Source: an uncultured Chloroflexia bacterium
Lineage (GTDB): Bacteria > Chloroflexota > Limnocylindria > Limnocylindrales > CSP1-4
Direction: 5' to 3'
Length of the DNA stretch: 64,000 bases
Assembly (NCBI GenBank): GCA_963766735.1
Contig: CAVYBU010000004.1
Coordinates: 96,001 to 160,000 of the forward strand
This document shows, piece after piece, positions 22,036 to 31,989 of the stretch. Positions within the stretch are counted from its first letter, which is position 1; each line of letters starts with the position of its first letter. The position numbers and the translations under genes are program-made. The notes under the pieces were generated by a model. The model did no database searches. It was not told the origin of the DNA and worked only from the letters and a program-made list of their open reading frames with translations.

Positions 22036-23546
22036 CCGAGCCCGCGTCCCCGGGACCGGCGGAAGGGTCTGACGACACTCCTGCCAAGCCCGCGCTCAGC
22101 AACAAGGAGCGGATGACCATCGGCCGGGTGTCCATGCCCGAGCAGGAAGGCGAGGTCCGCGCCCAGAACTTCGGCGAGGTCAACCTGGGCCTCACCTACG
22201 AGCTGGCGATGCTGGAGGCGGAGCGCTGCATCCAGTGCCCGAAGCCGTTCTGCGTGGACGGTTGCCCGGTCCGCGTGGACATCCCGCGGTTCATCAAGTT
22301 CCTGCGCGATGGAGACCTCCCGTCCGCGGCGGAGAGCCTCCTCGGCGACAACGCCCTGCCCTGCGTGACCGGGCGCGTCTGCCCGCAGGAGATCCAGTGC
22401 GAGGGCGTCTGCATCCGGACCAAGAAGGGCGACTCGGTCGCCATCGGCTACCTCGAGCGGTTCGTCGCCGACTGGGCCCAGCAGAACCCTGAGGCGCTGC
22501 CGAAGCTGCACCCGACCCAGACCGGCAAGAAGATCGGCATCGTGGGCTCCGGCCCGGCGGGCCTCACCGCCGCCGGCGAGCTTGCCCACAAGGGTCACGA
22601 CGTAACGGTGTTCGAGGCGTTCCACGCGCCGGGCGGCGTCCTCATCTACGGCATCCCGGAGTTCCGGCTTCCGAAGGACATCGTCCAGGCCGAGGTGGAC
22701 CGGCTGGTGTCCGAGGGCGTGAAGATCGAGGTCGACGCGATCATCGGCCGCACCTACACGGTTCCCGAGCTGCGCGAGGAGTTCGACGCGCTCTTCCTCG
22801 CCGTCGGAGCGGGCCTCCCGGTGTTCATGAACGTCCCGGGCGAGAACTACAAGGGCGTCTACTCGGCCAACGAGTACCTGACCCGGGTCAACCTGATGGG
22901 CGCCTGGAACGCGGACTCCAAGACCCCGATCCTCCACGGCCAGCGGGTCGTGGTGGTCGGCGGCGGCAACGTGGCGATGGACGCGGTCAGGACCGCGAAG
23001 CGCCTGGGCGCCGCCGAGGCAACCATCGTCTACCGCCGCTCCGCGGACGAGCTCCCGGCCCGCAAGGAGGAGGTCCACCACGCGATCGACGAGGGCGTGG
23101 TGTTCAACTTCCTCACCGCCCCGACCGAGGTCCTCGCGGACGAGAACCGCTGGGTCACCGGGATCAAGTGCGTGAAGATGGAGCTGGGCGAGCCGGACAA
23201 GAGCGGCCGCCGGCGCCCCATCAAGATCGACGGCTCCGAGTTCACGATCGACTGCGACCTCGTGGTCGTGGCCATCGGAACAAAGGCCAACCCGCTGCTC
23301 ACGGGCAGCGCTCCGGAGCTCACCGTCAACGAGTACGGCTACCTGATGGCGGACGAGTACGGGATGACGAGCATGCCGGGCGTCTTCGCCGGCGGCGACA
23401 TCGTGCGCGGCGCTGCAACCGTGATCCTCGCCATGGGCGACGGGAAGCGGTCGGCCTACGCGATCGACTCCTGGCTGAACGGGGTCTGGCCGCCTGTGGG
23501 GGCCGACACGGAGACGAAGGCGGAGGAGCCCGCCGCCGCTGGCTGA
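22032..23546 (+). CDS. nfnB: Electron-bifurcating transhydrogenase large subunit (NfnB / SudA, GltD-like)
   Basis: CIQCPKPFCVDGCP, GRVCPQEIQCEGVC, GSGPAG, YGIPEFRLP, GGGNVAMD, GGDIVRGAATVILAMG. ATGA overlap with nfnA. Confidence 0.9.
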   Translation: MTEPASPGPAEGSDDTPAKPALSNKERMTIGRVSMPEQEGEVRAQNFGEVNLGLTYELAMLEAERCIQCPKPFCVDGCPVRVDIPRFIKFLRDGDLPSAAESLLGDNALPCVTGRVCPQEIQCEGVCIRTKKGDSVAIGYLERFVADWAQQNPEALPKLHPTQTGKKIGIVGSGPAGLTAAGELAHKGHDVTVFEAFHAPGGVLIYGIPEFRLPKDIVQAEVDRLVSEGVKIEVDAIIGRTYTVPELREEFDALFLAVGAGLPVFMNVPGENYKGVYSANEYLTRVNLMGAWNADSKTPILHGQRVVVVGGGNVAMDAVRTAKRLGAAEATIVYRRSADELPARKEEVHHAIDEGVVFNFLTAPTEVLADENRWVTGIKCVKMELGEPDKSGRRRPIKIDGSEFTIDCDLVVVAIGTKANPLLTGSAPELTVNEYGYLMADEYGMTSMPGVFAGGDIVRGAATVILAMGDGKRSAYAIDSWLNGVWPPVGADTETKAEEPAAAG

Positions 23547-23871
23547 ACTCGGTTCACCAGAATGTGCCAATAGGCACTGCATCGAACCTCGACGCACCCG
23601 GACCATCGATGCCACCGGGTGTTCCCCCACGACTTCCTCACCCGGCTAGTCGGCGGAAGCCGCGTGTCACAGGAGGCGGACCGGACGCAGTCACTCGCAC
23701 TGCCGACCCCGGCAGGCATGCTGGCCCAGCGGAGCGCGACGTCAGGCGGCGCCTCGCAGCAGTTCCCGGCCGGCGTACTCGAGCATCGGCGACCCGGTGC
23801 AGGCGATCCCTCTGACCGCGGGCGCACCGAAGCCACGGAGCACGACGAGACAAGAAAGGACGAAAGCCGGC

Positions 23872-25599
23872 ATGGACAAGATCCTGCGCATCGACATGGG
23901 CGCCGATGGCGGCCCGACGACGACAGTCGAGCCGGTCGATCAGTACGCCGGCCTGGGCGGTCGCGCCATGACCTCGATCGTGGTCAGCAAGGAAGTCGAC
24001 CCTCTCTGTCATCCCCTGAGCGCAGCGAACAAGCTCGTGTTCGCCCCGGGGCTGCTCACCGGAACCGCCGCCTCGACGAGCGGCCGGATCTCGGTCGGCT
24101 GCAAGAGCCCGCTCACGGGCGGCATCAAGGAGGCGAACGCCGGCGGCCAGGCGGGCCAGGCACTGGCGCGGCTCGGCTATGCCGCGGTGATCGTCGAGGG
24201 CGCGCCCGCCGGCGACGACCTGTGGACGGTCAAGATCGACAAGGACGGTGTCTCGTTCAAGGTCGACAACAGCCTCAAGATGACGGGGACGTACGCCACG
24301 GTCGAGAAGCTCGTCGGCGAGTACGGATCCAAGGTCACCTTCATGGTCATCGGCCAGGCAGGTGAGATGAAGCTCGCCGGCGCATCGATCGCGGCCTGCG
24401 ACCGTGAGCTGCGTCCCACCCGGCACATGGGCCGCGGCGGCGTCGGTGCCGTGATGGGCTCCAAGAAGATCAAGGCGTTCATCCTCGACGAGAGCGGCAC
24501 GTCGCTGCGCCAGCCGCTGCACCCGGAGCGCTTCAAGGCTGCCGCGAAGATCTTCAACGATGGTCTCCGCAGCCACGGCGTCTCGGGACAGGGCCTGCCC
24601 CTCTTCGGCACCAACGTCCTGACCAACATCCTCAACGAGGTCGGCGGCTACCCCACCCGCAACTTCAGCTCGGGCCAGTTCGAGGGTGCGACGAAGATCA
24701 GCGGCGAGACCCAGGCCGCGACGATGACCGAGCGCGGCGGCGAGGCGACCCACGCCTGCCACCGCGGCTGCATCATCCAGTGTTCGGGCATCTTCAACGA
24801 CGCAACCGGCAAGTACGTCAGCAAGCAGGCCGAATACGAGACCATCTGGTCGCACGGCGGCCACTGCGGCATCGACGACCTCGACATCATCCAGCAGCTC
24901 GACCGCATGGACGACGACTTCGGCCTCGATACGATCGAGACCGGCGTCGCGATCGGCGTGGCGATGGAAGGCGGCCTGCTGCCGTTCGGCGATGGCGAGG
25001 GCGCCATCCGCGTCCTCGCGGAAGTCGGCGAGGGCACCCCGCTCGGCCGGATCATCGGCAGCGGTGCCGGGGCCACGGGCAGGGCATTTGGCGTCTCGCG
25101 CGTCCCGGTGGTGAAGAACCAGGCCTTCCCGGCCTACGACCCGCGTGCCGTCCAGGGTATCGGCGTCACGTATGCGACCACCCCGATGGGCGCCGACCAC
25201 ACGGCCGGCTACGCGGTCACGGCGAACGTGCTCAAGGTCGGCGGGTTCATCGATCCGCTCCAGACCGAGGGCCAGGTCGACCTGTCGCGCGCCCTCCAGA
25301 TCAACACGGCCGTCATCGATTCGAGCGGGATGTGCCTGTTCGTGGCCTTCCCGGTCATCGACCAGCCGGAGACGTTCACCGCCTTCGTGGAGCTCGTCAA
25401 CAGCTTCTATGGCATCGAGGCCGACGTCACGGCTTTCGGCCAGCAGATCCTGTCGGCCGAGCGTGACTTCAATGCCCGCGCCGGGTTCACGGCGATCGAC
25501 GATCGCCTGCCGCGCTTCTTCGAGACGGAGCCACTCGCCCCCCATGACGTCACCTTCAACGTGACGCACGAGGAGCTGGACTCGGTCTTCAACTGGTAG
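23872..25599 (+). CDS. aor: Aldehyde:ferredoxin oxidoreductase (tungstopterin AOR family)
   Basis: KSPLTGGIKEANAGG, GRGGVGAVMGSKKIKA, CHRGCIIQC, EYET, DDFGLDTIE, AYDPR, GADHT, DRLP. RBS AAAGGA. Confidence 0.93.
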   Translation: MDKILRIDMGADGGPTTTVEPVDQYAGLGGRAMTSIVVSKEVDPLCHPLSAANKLVFAPGLLTGTAASTSGRISVGCKSPLTGGIKEANAGGQAGQALARLGYAAVIVEGAPAGDDLWTVKIDKDGVSFKVDNSLKMTGTYATVEKLVGEYGSKVTFMVIGQAGEMKLAGASIAACDRELRPTRHMGRGGVGAVMGSKKIKAFILDESGTSLRQPLHPERFKAAAKIFNDGLRSHGVSGQGLPLFGTNVLTNILNEVGGYPTRNFSSGQFEGATKISGETQAATMTERGGEATHACHRGCIIQCSGIFNDATGKYVSKQAEYETIWSHGGHCGIDDLDIIQQLDRMDDDFGLDTIETGVAIGVAMEGGLLPFGDGEGAIRVLAEVGEGTPLGRIIGSGAGATGRAFGVSRVPVVKNQAFPAYDPRAVQGIGVTYATTPMGADHTAGYAVTANVLKVGGFIDPLQTEGQVDLSRALQINTAVIDSSGMCLFVAFPVIDQPETFTAFVELVNSFYGIEADVTAFGQQILSAERDFNARAGFTAIDDRLPRFFETEPLAPHDVTFNVTHEELDSVFNW

Positions 25600-25614
25600 T
25601 CACCGTTACTCTGG

Positions 25615-25659
25615 CCTGAGGGCGAGCCGCACCGGTCGACGGCGCGCCTCGCCCTCAGG
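25615..25659 (+). terminator. Strong hairpin after aor (terminator or mRNA-stabilising stem)
   Basis: 12-bp perfect stem cctgagggcgag / ctcgccctcagg; no U-tract. Confidence 0.45.
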
Positions 25660-25758
25660 GCGCGCATGCCTGAGCCGGTGCAGCCGGCGCAAGGGACCTG
25701 GACCCGCGAGCGCACGCCGTGCCACCGGCCGGCCGACCAGCGGGATGGGAGTCTGCGA

Positions 25759-27096
25759 GTGGTCGTGAAGCGTCCCACCACCGATCCGGCGTCAGGCATT
25801 GGTCTGCCAGCCCACCGGCGCACCCATCCGTCCAAGCTGTTCGTCGAGGTCACGACGCGCTGCAATCTCCGGTGTGCGATGTGCGTGAAGTACGCGCCGG
25901 GGCAGGGCCTTGTCGATGGCGACATGACCGAGGAGACGTTCGAGCGCCTCGCGCCCGCCTTTCCGCACCTTGAGTCGCTGGTGCTCAACGGCATCGGCGA
26001 GCCACTCCTCCACCGGGGCCTCGAGGGGTTCATCGCGCGCGCCAAGGCGAGCATGCCGGCCGATGCCTGGGTCGGCTTCCAGACCAACGGTCAGCTCATC
26101 GGGCCCCGCCGCGCGCAGGCGCTCGTGGCGGCCGGCGTGGACCGGATCGCGATCTCGGCGGACGCCGTGAGCCCCGAGAGGCTCCGCTCGATCCACGGCG
26201 GGGCCCGGCTGGCACCCATCGAGGCTGCCGCCGGACGCCTCCACGAAAGCGCCGCGGCCCTCGGGCGGCGACTTTCCCTGGGCCTCGAGTTCGTCGCGAT
26301 GCGCGACAACCTCGACCAGCTGCCGCTGCTCGTCCGCTGGGCGGCACGCCACCGGTTCGAGTTCATCATCGTCAGCCACCTCCTCGCCTACGACCCGTCG
26401 ATGGCGGAGCACGCCGCATTCAGCCCGGTGTCTGACCGGGCGCTGGCGGTGTACCGGACATGGCGCGCCCGGGCAGAGGCCGACGGGATCGACCTCCGTC
26501 GCTACCTCGAGTCGCGGAACCGGTTCGCACCGCCGGAGGCGGATGGGCGGGCGATCGAGCTGGTGCAGGAGATGGTCGCGGACGCCAGGGCCCGCGGCAT
26601 CTCGCTCCGGATCGCGGATCTTCTGCACTTCGATGAGGCGCGCCTCGAGACCACCGAGGCCGCTTTCGACGAGGCTGCGTCGGTGGCGGCCGTGCTGGGC
26701 GTCGAGCTCCGGCTGCCATCGACGGTGCCCACCCAGGTCCGGCGCTGCGAGTTCGTGGAGGAGGGGTCCGCCTTCGTGTCCTGGGACGGCGACCTCCATC
26801 CGTGCTACTTCCTGTGGCACCGGTTCGACTGCTACCTCGGCGGGGTCGCGAAGACCGTCCGTCCGAGGTCGTTCGGCAATGTGGGCGAGGACGGGATCCT
26901 CGAGACCTGGAACGGGCAGCCGTGGCGGACGTTTCGGGGCGACGTCGTCCGGTATGACTTCCCGTTCTGCTACGACTGCAACCTTGCGATGTGCGACTAC
27001 GTTCGGGACGGCGACTTCGAGCAGGACTGCCATGTGGTCGAAGTTCCATGTGCCGCGTGCCTGTGGTGCACGGGCCCGTTTCAGTGCCTGCGCTGA
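25759..27096 (+). CDS. Radical SAM/SPASM protein, putative AOR-associated metalloenzyme maturase (start uncertain)
   Basis: CNLRCAMC motif, GIGEPL, QTNG; Cys-rich C-terminus RRCEF...PCYFLWH...CYDCNLAMC...DC...PCAACLWCTGPFQC. Confidence 0.88.
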   Translation: MVVKRPTTDPASGIGLPAHRRTHPSKLFVEVTTRCNLRCAMCVKYAPGQGLVDGDMTEETFERLAPAFPHLESLVLNGIGEPLLHRGLEGFIARAKASMPADAWVGFQTNGQLIGPRRAQALVAAGVDRIAISADAVSPERLRSIHGGARLAPIEAAAGRLHESAAALGRRLSLGLEFVAMRDNLDQLPLLVRWAARHRFEFIIVSHLLAYDPSMAEHAAFSPVSDRALAVYRTWRARAEADGIDLRRYLESRNRFAPPEADGRAIELVQEMVADARARGISLRIADLLHFDEARLETTEAAFDEAASVAAVLGVELRLPSTVPTQVRRCEFVEEGSAFVSWDGDLHPCYFLWHRFDCYLGGVAKTVRPRSFGNVGEDGILETWNGQPWRTFRGDVVRYDFPFCYDCNLAMCDYVRDGDFEQDCHVVEVPCAACLWCTGPFQCLR

Positions 27097-27109
27097 GAGA
27101 CGGCGTCGG

Positions 27110-27907
27110 TCATCCCGTGACCCCGGCTTCGAGATACTCGAAACGGCGTTCGACGCAGCACGGGCAGTCCGGGCGCCGGGGCGAGCCCTCGGCCTGGAGA
27201 TGGTCGTTCGCCCACACGTCGAACGCGGTGAGGCCGCGGTTGAGGTGCTCGCGGTCCCCGACGAGGAGCTTCACCGTCTCTGTCCACTGCATCGCGGCGA
27301 CGGTCACGACGCTCGACGCAAGCACGCCCGCGGTGTCGCAGGTCTCCATCGTGCCCTCCGGCAGGGGCTCTGGAAACAGGCACCGGAAGCAGGCCGTCTC
27401 GCCCGGCAGGATCGTCATCGACATCCCGGTTGAGCCGACCGCGCCGCCGTAGATCCAGGGAACGCCCGCCTTGACGCAGGCGTCGTTGAGGAGATAGCGC
27501 GTCTCGAGGTTGTCCGTCCCGTCGATCACGACGTCGGCGCGGGCGACCAGCGCCTCCACGTTGGCGGCGGTGACATCGGCCACGACCGGCTCGACCTCGA
27601 CCGTGGCGTTGATCCGGCCGACGGCCTGGGCCGCGGCCACCGCCTTGGGCGTCGCGGCGGCGGCGTCGGCCTCGTCGTACAGCAGCTGGCGATGCAGGTT
27701 GCTGAGCTCCACGAGATCGCGGTCGACGACCACCAGGTGGCCGACGCCGGAACGGGCCAGCAGGCTGATCGCCGATGAACCCAGGCCGCCACACCCGACC
27801 ACGAGGACGCGGCCGGTCGCGAGTCGCGCCTGTCCCTCGGCACCGATGCCCCAGAACCGGGCCTGGCGCGAGTAGCGGTCCCCGGTCGCGCGGGCGCTGG
27901 GTGCCAC
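27110..27907 (-). CDS. moeB: MoeB/ThiF/HesA family adenylyltransferase (E1-like)
   Basis: RYSRQ, GCGGLG, DRDLVELSNLHRQ, DGTDN, CFRC, TCDTAGV, CPCC. Confidence 0.88.
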   Translation of the reverse strand: MAPSARATGDRYSRQARFWGIGAEGQARLATGRVLVVGCGGLGSSAISLLARSGVGHLVVVDRDLVELSNLHRQLLYDEADAAAATPKAVAAAQAVGRINATVEVEPVVADVTAANVEALVARADVVIDGTDNLETRYLLNDACVKAGVPWIYGGAVGSTGMSMTILPGETACFRCLFPEPLPEGTMETCDTAGVLASSVVTVAAMQWTETVKLLVGDREHLNRGLTAFDVWANDHLQAEGSPRRPDCPCCVERRFEYLEAGVTG

Positions 27908-27910
27908 GGA

Positions 27911-28141
27911 TCACCCGCCACCGATCACAGGGAAAATGGCGAGGACGCTGCCCTCCGCGGGTCGGTCGTCAAACTCGACGTTGCGACCGTTGACCATCAT
28001 CACCCCGACCTCGTGCCGGGGGATCGCAAGCTCGTCGACGATCTCGCCGGCCGTCGGAGGCTCGTCGTAGGTGCGCGTCTCGATGGCAAACCTGCCACGT
28101 TGGAAGCTGGCGAACAGCTTGATCGTCAGTTGCACCGACAC
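27911..28141 (-). CDS. moaD: MoaD/ThiS family sulfur carrier
   Basis: 76 aa; IKLFASF...MVNGR...LAIFPVIGGG with C-terminal GG; adjacent to moeB. Confidence 0.88.
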   Translation of the reverse strand: MSVQLTIKLFASFQRGRFAIETRTYDEPPTAGEIVDELAIPRHEVGVMMVNGRNVEFDDRPAEGSVLAIFPVIGGG

Positions 28142-28169
28142 CTGCGCGTGACCTCCAACCCGGGCGCCG

Positions 28170-28703
28170 TCAGGCGGCTATGCGGAGCAGGATCTCACGA
28201 TCCCCGGCGATGCGCTCCAGGTCCGGATCGGTGCCCATGATCCTGACCGCCTCGTCATGGGCCAGCACGATCCCGCGGCGCAGGATCGAAGGGCCGACGC
28301 CCGGGATGATGAGGTTGAACAGCTTCACCCGGATGGTCTGGGCCGACTCGTCGCGGGCACTCGAGGAACCCTCGCGCCAGCTGACCTCGGCGCGCATCGC
28401 CGCGTAGTAGCTGGACCGGCGGAGCGTGGCCCCAACGAGCCCCGGCATCGCCGCCGAGAGCGTCAAGGTGGACCCGGGATGGAGCATCGCGCGGTCCAGG
28501 TCATCAACCACCATCGCGTCCACGAACACGGTCGCGATCGTGTGGCGGACGTAGTCGGGCTCGATCTCCAGGTCGATTGCGAGGAAGTCGGCGACCGAGC
28601 GCGCGCCATTGATCGGGACGACGACACCGCGCTGGAACAGGGTGCTGAGATCGCTCCAGGGCAAGCGGTCGGCGGGAATGGTGAGGGCGACGGGACCGGT
28701 CAT
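28170..28703 (-). CDS. Hypothetical protein with an internal MoaD/ubiquitin-like segment lacking terminal GG
   Basis: SVADFL..DLEI...TVFVDAMVVDDLDRAMLHPGSTLTLSAAMPG parallels the neighbouring MoaD; co-oriented 28 bp upstream of moaD. Confidence 0.7.
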   Translation of the reverse strand: MTGPVALTIPADRLPWSDLSTLFQRGVVVPINGARSVADFLAIDLEIEPDYVRHTIATVFVDAMVVDDLDRAMLHPGSTLTLSAAMPGLVGATLRRSSYYAAMRAEVSWREGSSSARDESAQTIRVKLFNLIIPGVGPSILRRGIVLAHDEAVRIMGTDPDLERIAGDREILLRIAA

Positions 28704-29028
28704 CGTCCGTGCATCATTCGGGAGCCACCCGCTCCGGGTCACGGGCCGGATGGACCGTCGAGACGGGGATCCCATGCCCGCGGACGACAGGAAGCCCGCG
28801 CCGGACGTGGACGGACGCGGCCGCCTTTGGTTCCGCACGGCGACCGCGTCCCTGCCCCGGATGTTCGCGCCTTGGCAGATGGCCCACCATGACCCGCTGG
28901 TCCCCTCCTGGTGCGGGCCCACACCGGACCGCCGGATGGTGCGCCCGGGCACCCGCGACCGGCGATGCCGCCGGATGATCGGCCGGGTAGGACCCGGCGA
29001 CGGGCCCGTCAACGCGGCGGCGGGCCAT

Positions 29029-29130
29029 TCAACCAGCGGCGAGCACGTCGAACAGGCGCCAGCCCACGATCACACCCAGGACGGCGGAACCGAGCATGAT
29101 CACGTTGACCAGAAGCCGGAAGCTGGTCAT
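29029..29130 (-). CDS. 33-aa single-TM small protein MTSFRLLVNVIMLGSAVLGVIVGWRLFDVLAAG (below the ORF-track cutoff)
   Basis: ATGA overlap with the upstream gene stop; one clean hydrophobic helix; mostly G/C third positions. Confidence 0.6.
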   Translation of the reverse strand: MTSFRLLVNVIMLGSAVLGVIVGWRLFDVLAAG

Positions 29131-29917
29131 GTGCGGCTCTCCAGCTCGGCGACGATCGGCCCCTTCGCGGTCTCGAACTCCTCGACGGTGAGCAGCCCGC
29201 GGTCCCGCATGTCGCCCAGGCGCTCGAGACGGTCAAGCAGCGCCTGGCTCCCCTCTGAGAATCCGGTCCCCTCTTCGGGGGCCTCGTCGGGAGCCGGGCC
29301 GCCGACCGGCTCAGGCACCCCCTCCGCCATCCCGACCGTGGCGTGGGCCCAGGGCGTGTCGGTCGTGTCCCGCACAGGCTGCCCGGGACCGGGCATCGCC
29401 CTCGACGCGCCGATGCCGGCCTGTCCGAGGTGGACATCGAGACCTGCGCGGCGAGTCGCCCGCCAGCCGATGACCGCGAACACCAGAGCGGCGCGAAGGC
29501 CATCACCTCGAACACCACGCCCGGGATGAGCCAGCCCCAGACGATCCCATCTGCCTCGGGCGGCGGATTGAACAGGCCGTAGTCCAGGAAGTTCCAGCCC
29601 AGGGTCGCGAACAGGGCAGTCCACGCCAGCAACGGGACGGCCCCCCAGATACCGCCGAGACGGCTGCCGTACACCATCGCAATGGCGCCGAACAGGAACC
29701 CCCCGAAGATCCCGCCGACGAGGGCGATCGGAACGCCCTCCGGACAGGCCGGCGCGGCAACATACGTCGCCCCGTCGGCGCACTGGCCGCCGATGTCCAT
29801 GACCGCGCGCATGCCCCGGAACATCAGGGTGATGCACATCGCCAGGCCACCCATGCCGAGTGCGGCGATCAGCACGTCGCCGGTCGTCGGGTCCCGGCGC
29901 GATGCCCCGAAGCCCAT
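29127..29917 (-). CDS. Four-TM membrane protein with C-terminal SHOCT domain; apparent frameshift near 29485-29490
   Basis: ORF 29009..29917 supplies the TM part (GGQCADG..Y...ACP). ORF 29127..29837 supplies LDRLERLGDMRDRGLLTVEEFETAK. RBS GGGAGG. Confidence 0.75.
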
Positions 29918-29970
29918 GTCGCCTCCCGCCCCGCTCCGGTTGACCCGGGCGGGGCCGTGTCAGCGGACCG

Positions 29971-31380
29971 CTAGGGCCGGACGTTCGCCATGCGATCCAG
30001 GATCAGGCGCTTGACGCCCTCGAGCGGCACCCGCTCCTGCGTCATCGAATCGCGGTCGCGGATCGTGACCGCGCCGTCTTCCAGTGAGTCTACGTCCACC
30101 GTCACGCACCACGGCGTGCCGATCTCGTCCTGGCGCCGATAGAGCTTGCCGATCGCGGCGGTGTCGTCGTAGACCGCCATCATGTCGCGCTTGAGATCGC
30201 CCAGGAGGCGGTGGCACATGTCCACGATCTCCGGGCGCTTCTTGAGCAGTGGCAGCACGGCCACCTTGTACGGCGCGAGGTCCGGGTGGAGCCCCAGCAC
30301 GACGCGCGTCTCGCCGCGGACCTCCTCCTCCCGGTAGGCATCGATGAGGAACGTGAACGCCGCCCGGTCGGCCCCGGCCGCCGTCTCGACGACCCAGGGG
30401 ATGAAGTGCTCGTCCGCGGCCTGGTCGAAGTACTCCAGGTTCTCGCCGGAGGCCTTCGCGTGCGCGCCCAGGTCGAAGTCGCCGCGGTTGTGGATGCCCT
30501 CCAGCTCCTTCCAGCCGAACGGGAAGCGGTACTCGACGTCGATCGCCTTCTTCGCGTAGTGCGCCAGCTCGTCCGGGGCATGCTCCCGGAAGCGGAGGCG
30601 CGCGGGACTCACCCCGTAGGCCTCATACCAGGCCATGCGCCGCGGGAGCCACTCCTCGAAGGCCCGCGCGGCACCCTCCTCGGGACGCACGAAGTACTGC
30701 ATCTCCATCTGCTCGAACTCGCGCATCCGGAACACGAAGTTGCCGGGCGAGATCTCGTTGCGGAAGGACTTGCCGATCTGCGCGATGCCGAACGGGATCT
30801 TCTTGCGCGAGCTCTGCTGGACGTTCTTGAAGTTGACGTAGGACCCCTGCGCGGTCTCCGGGCGGAAGTAGACGACCGCGGCGTCATCCTCCACCGGTCC
30901 CATGTGCGAGGTGAACATCAGGTTGAACCGGCGCGGCGCCGACAGCGGCTTGCCGTCGTTGGGGCAGACCAGGCCGAGCCGGGCGGTGATCGTCTCGTCC
31001 CGGAGGTCCGTGGCGGAGAGATCCTCGGCGCCCGGCAGCTCGTCCAGGCGGTAGCGGCGGTGGCACTCGGCGCACTCGACCAGCGGATCGCTGAAGGAGC
31101 CGACGTGGCCCGATGTGACCCAGACCTGCGGGTGCATCAGGATGCCGGCGTCCAGACCAACGATGTCGTTGCGGTCCTGGACCATCGCGCGCCACCAGGC
31201 ACGCTTGACGTTGTTCTTGAGCTCCACTCCCAGGGGCCCGTAGTCCCACACGGCGTTGATGCCGCCGTAGATCTCGGAGGAGGGGAAGATGAAGCCGCGG
31301 CGCTTGGACAGGCTGACGATGGTCTCGAGGTTGGCCACCGCGGGTGCGACGGCGTTGGGATCGAGGGGGTCGGGGGTCAC
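29971..31380 (-). CDS. glyQS: Glycine--tRNA ligase, alpha2 (eukaryote-type) class
   Basis: [59 protein letters not shown]. Confidence 0.96.
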   Translation of the reverse strand: MTPDPLDPNAVAPAVANLETIVSLSKRRGFIFPSSEIYGGINAVWDYGPLGVELKNNVKRAWWRAMVQDRNDIVGLDAGILMHPQVWVTSGHVGSFSDPLVECAECHRRYRLDELPGAEDLSATDLRDETITARLGLVCPNDGKPLSAPRRFNLMFTSHMGPVEDDAAVVYFRPETAQGSYVNFKNVQQSSRKKIPFGIAQIGKSFRNEISPGNFVFRMREFEQMEMQYFVRPEEGAARAFEEWLPRRMAWYEAYGVSPARLRFREHAPDELAHYAKKAIDVEYRFPFGWKELEGIHNRGDFDLGAHAKASGENLEYFDQAADEHFIPWVVETAAGADRAAFTFLIDAYREEEVRGETRVVLGLHPDLAPYKVAVLPLLKKRPEIVDMCHRLLGDLKRDMMAVYDDTAAIGKLYRRQDEIGTPWCVTVDVDSLEDGAVTIRDRDSMTQERVPLEGVKRLILDRMANVRP

Positions 31381-31551
31381 GGGGTGGGATCTCCGCTGCG
31401 ACGCGACCGTGGCATGGCCGCGCGGGACCTCGATCCTACCAGCCGGGGTTGGCCCGCGGCCCACGGCAGCTCAGGCCGGCCGCGCAATGGCCAGGGTCCC
31501 GACGGCCACGGCCCCCGCGACCAGGACCGCCCCGGCGTTGCCCGCTCATTG

Positions 31552-31971
31552 TCAGAACGAACGTCCGCGAGTCGGCCTGATCCGGATCGGGACGTTGTAG
31601 ACCGTGGCCATCTCCGCGGCCGAGTTGAACGAGGCGATGATCCGGTCGCCGTACTTGGCCAGGTAGGCGGCGTGATCCGGGACGTCCGGCGCCGTCTCGT
31701 CGATGCGGGCCTCGCCTTCGAGGACGACGACGTCCCCACCCGTGCCGTTGTCGTTGAGGTGCAGGCTGACCCGAGGGTTGTGGGCGATGTTGACGTTCCG
31801 CTTGGCCCGCCTGTCGGAGTAGATCAACGCTTCGCCATCCTCCCAGAGGAACCAGATCGGGAACGTCTGCGGCTGGCCGTCCGGCGTCACCGTCGTGAGC
31901 CAGCCGATGGTGTCGGTCTCCAGCCGCTCGAGGGCGTGACGATCGACGTCGCTGCCGGTGTCAAAGACCAC
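31552..31971 (-). CDS. PPOX-class probable F420-dependent oxidoreductase (Rv3369-like)
   Basis: GWLTTVTPDGQPQTFPIWFLW, KRNVNIAHNPRVSLHL, YLAKYG. Confidence 0.82.
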   Translation of the reverse strand: MVFDTGSDVDRHALERLETDTIGWLTTVTPDGQPQTFPIWFLWEDGEALIYSDRRAKRNVNIAHNPRVSLHLNDNGTGGDVVVLEGEARIDETAPDVPDHAAYLAKYGDRIIASFNSAAEMATVYNVPIRIRPTRGRSF

Positions 31972-31989
31972 TGGTATCTCCCCTGCTCG

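Noticed and set aside
22032-23546. Glutamate synthase (GltD) call
   Set aside because: No gltB nearby, and the gene is coupled to an NfnA-type subunit, which indicates NfnAB/SudAB.
23547-23871. Moco/Wco riboswitch upstream of aor (also checked 28704-29028)
   Set aside because: No recognisable conserved riboswitch elements by eye, only short palindromes such as gtgccaataggcac. An Rfam cmscan would be decisive.
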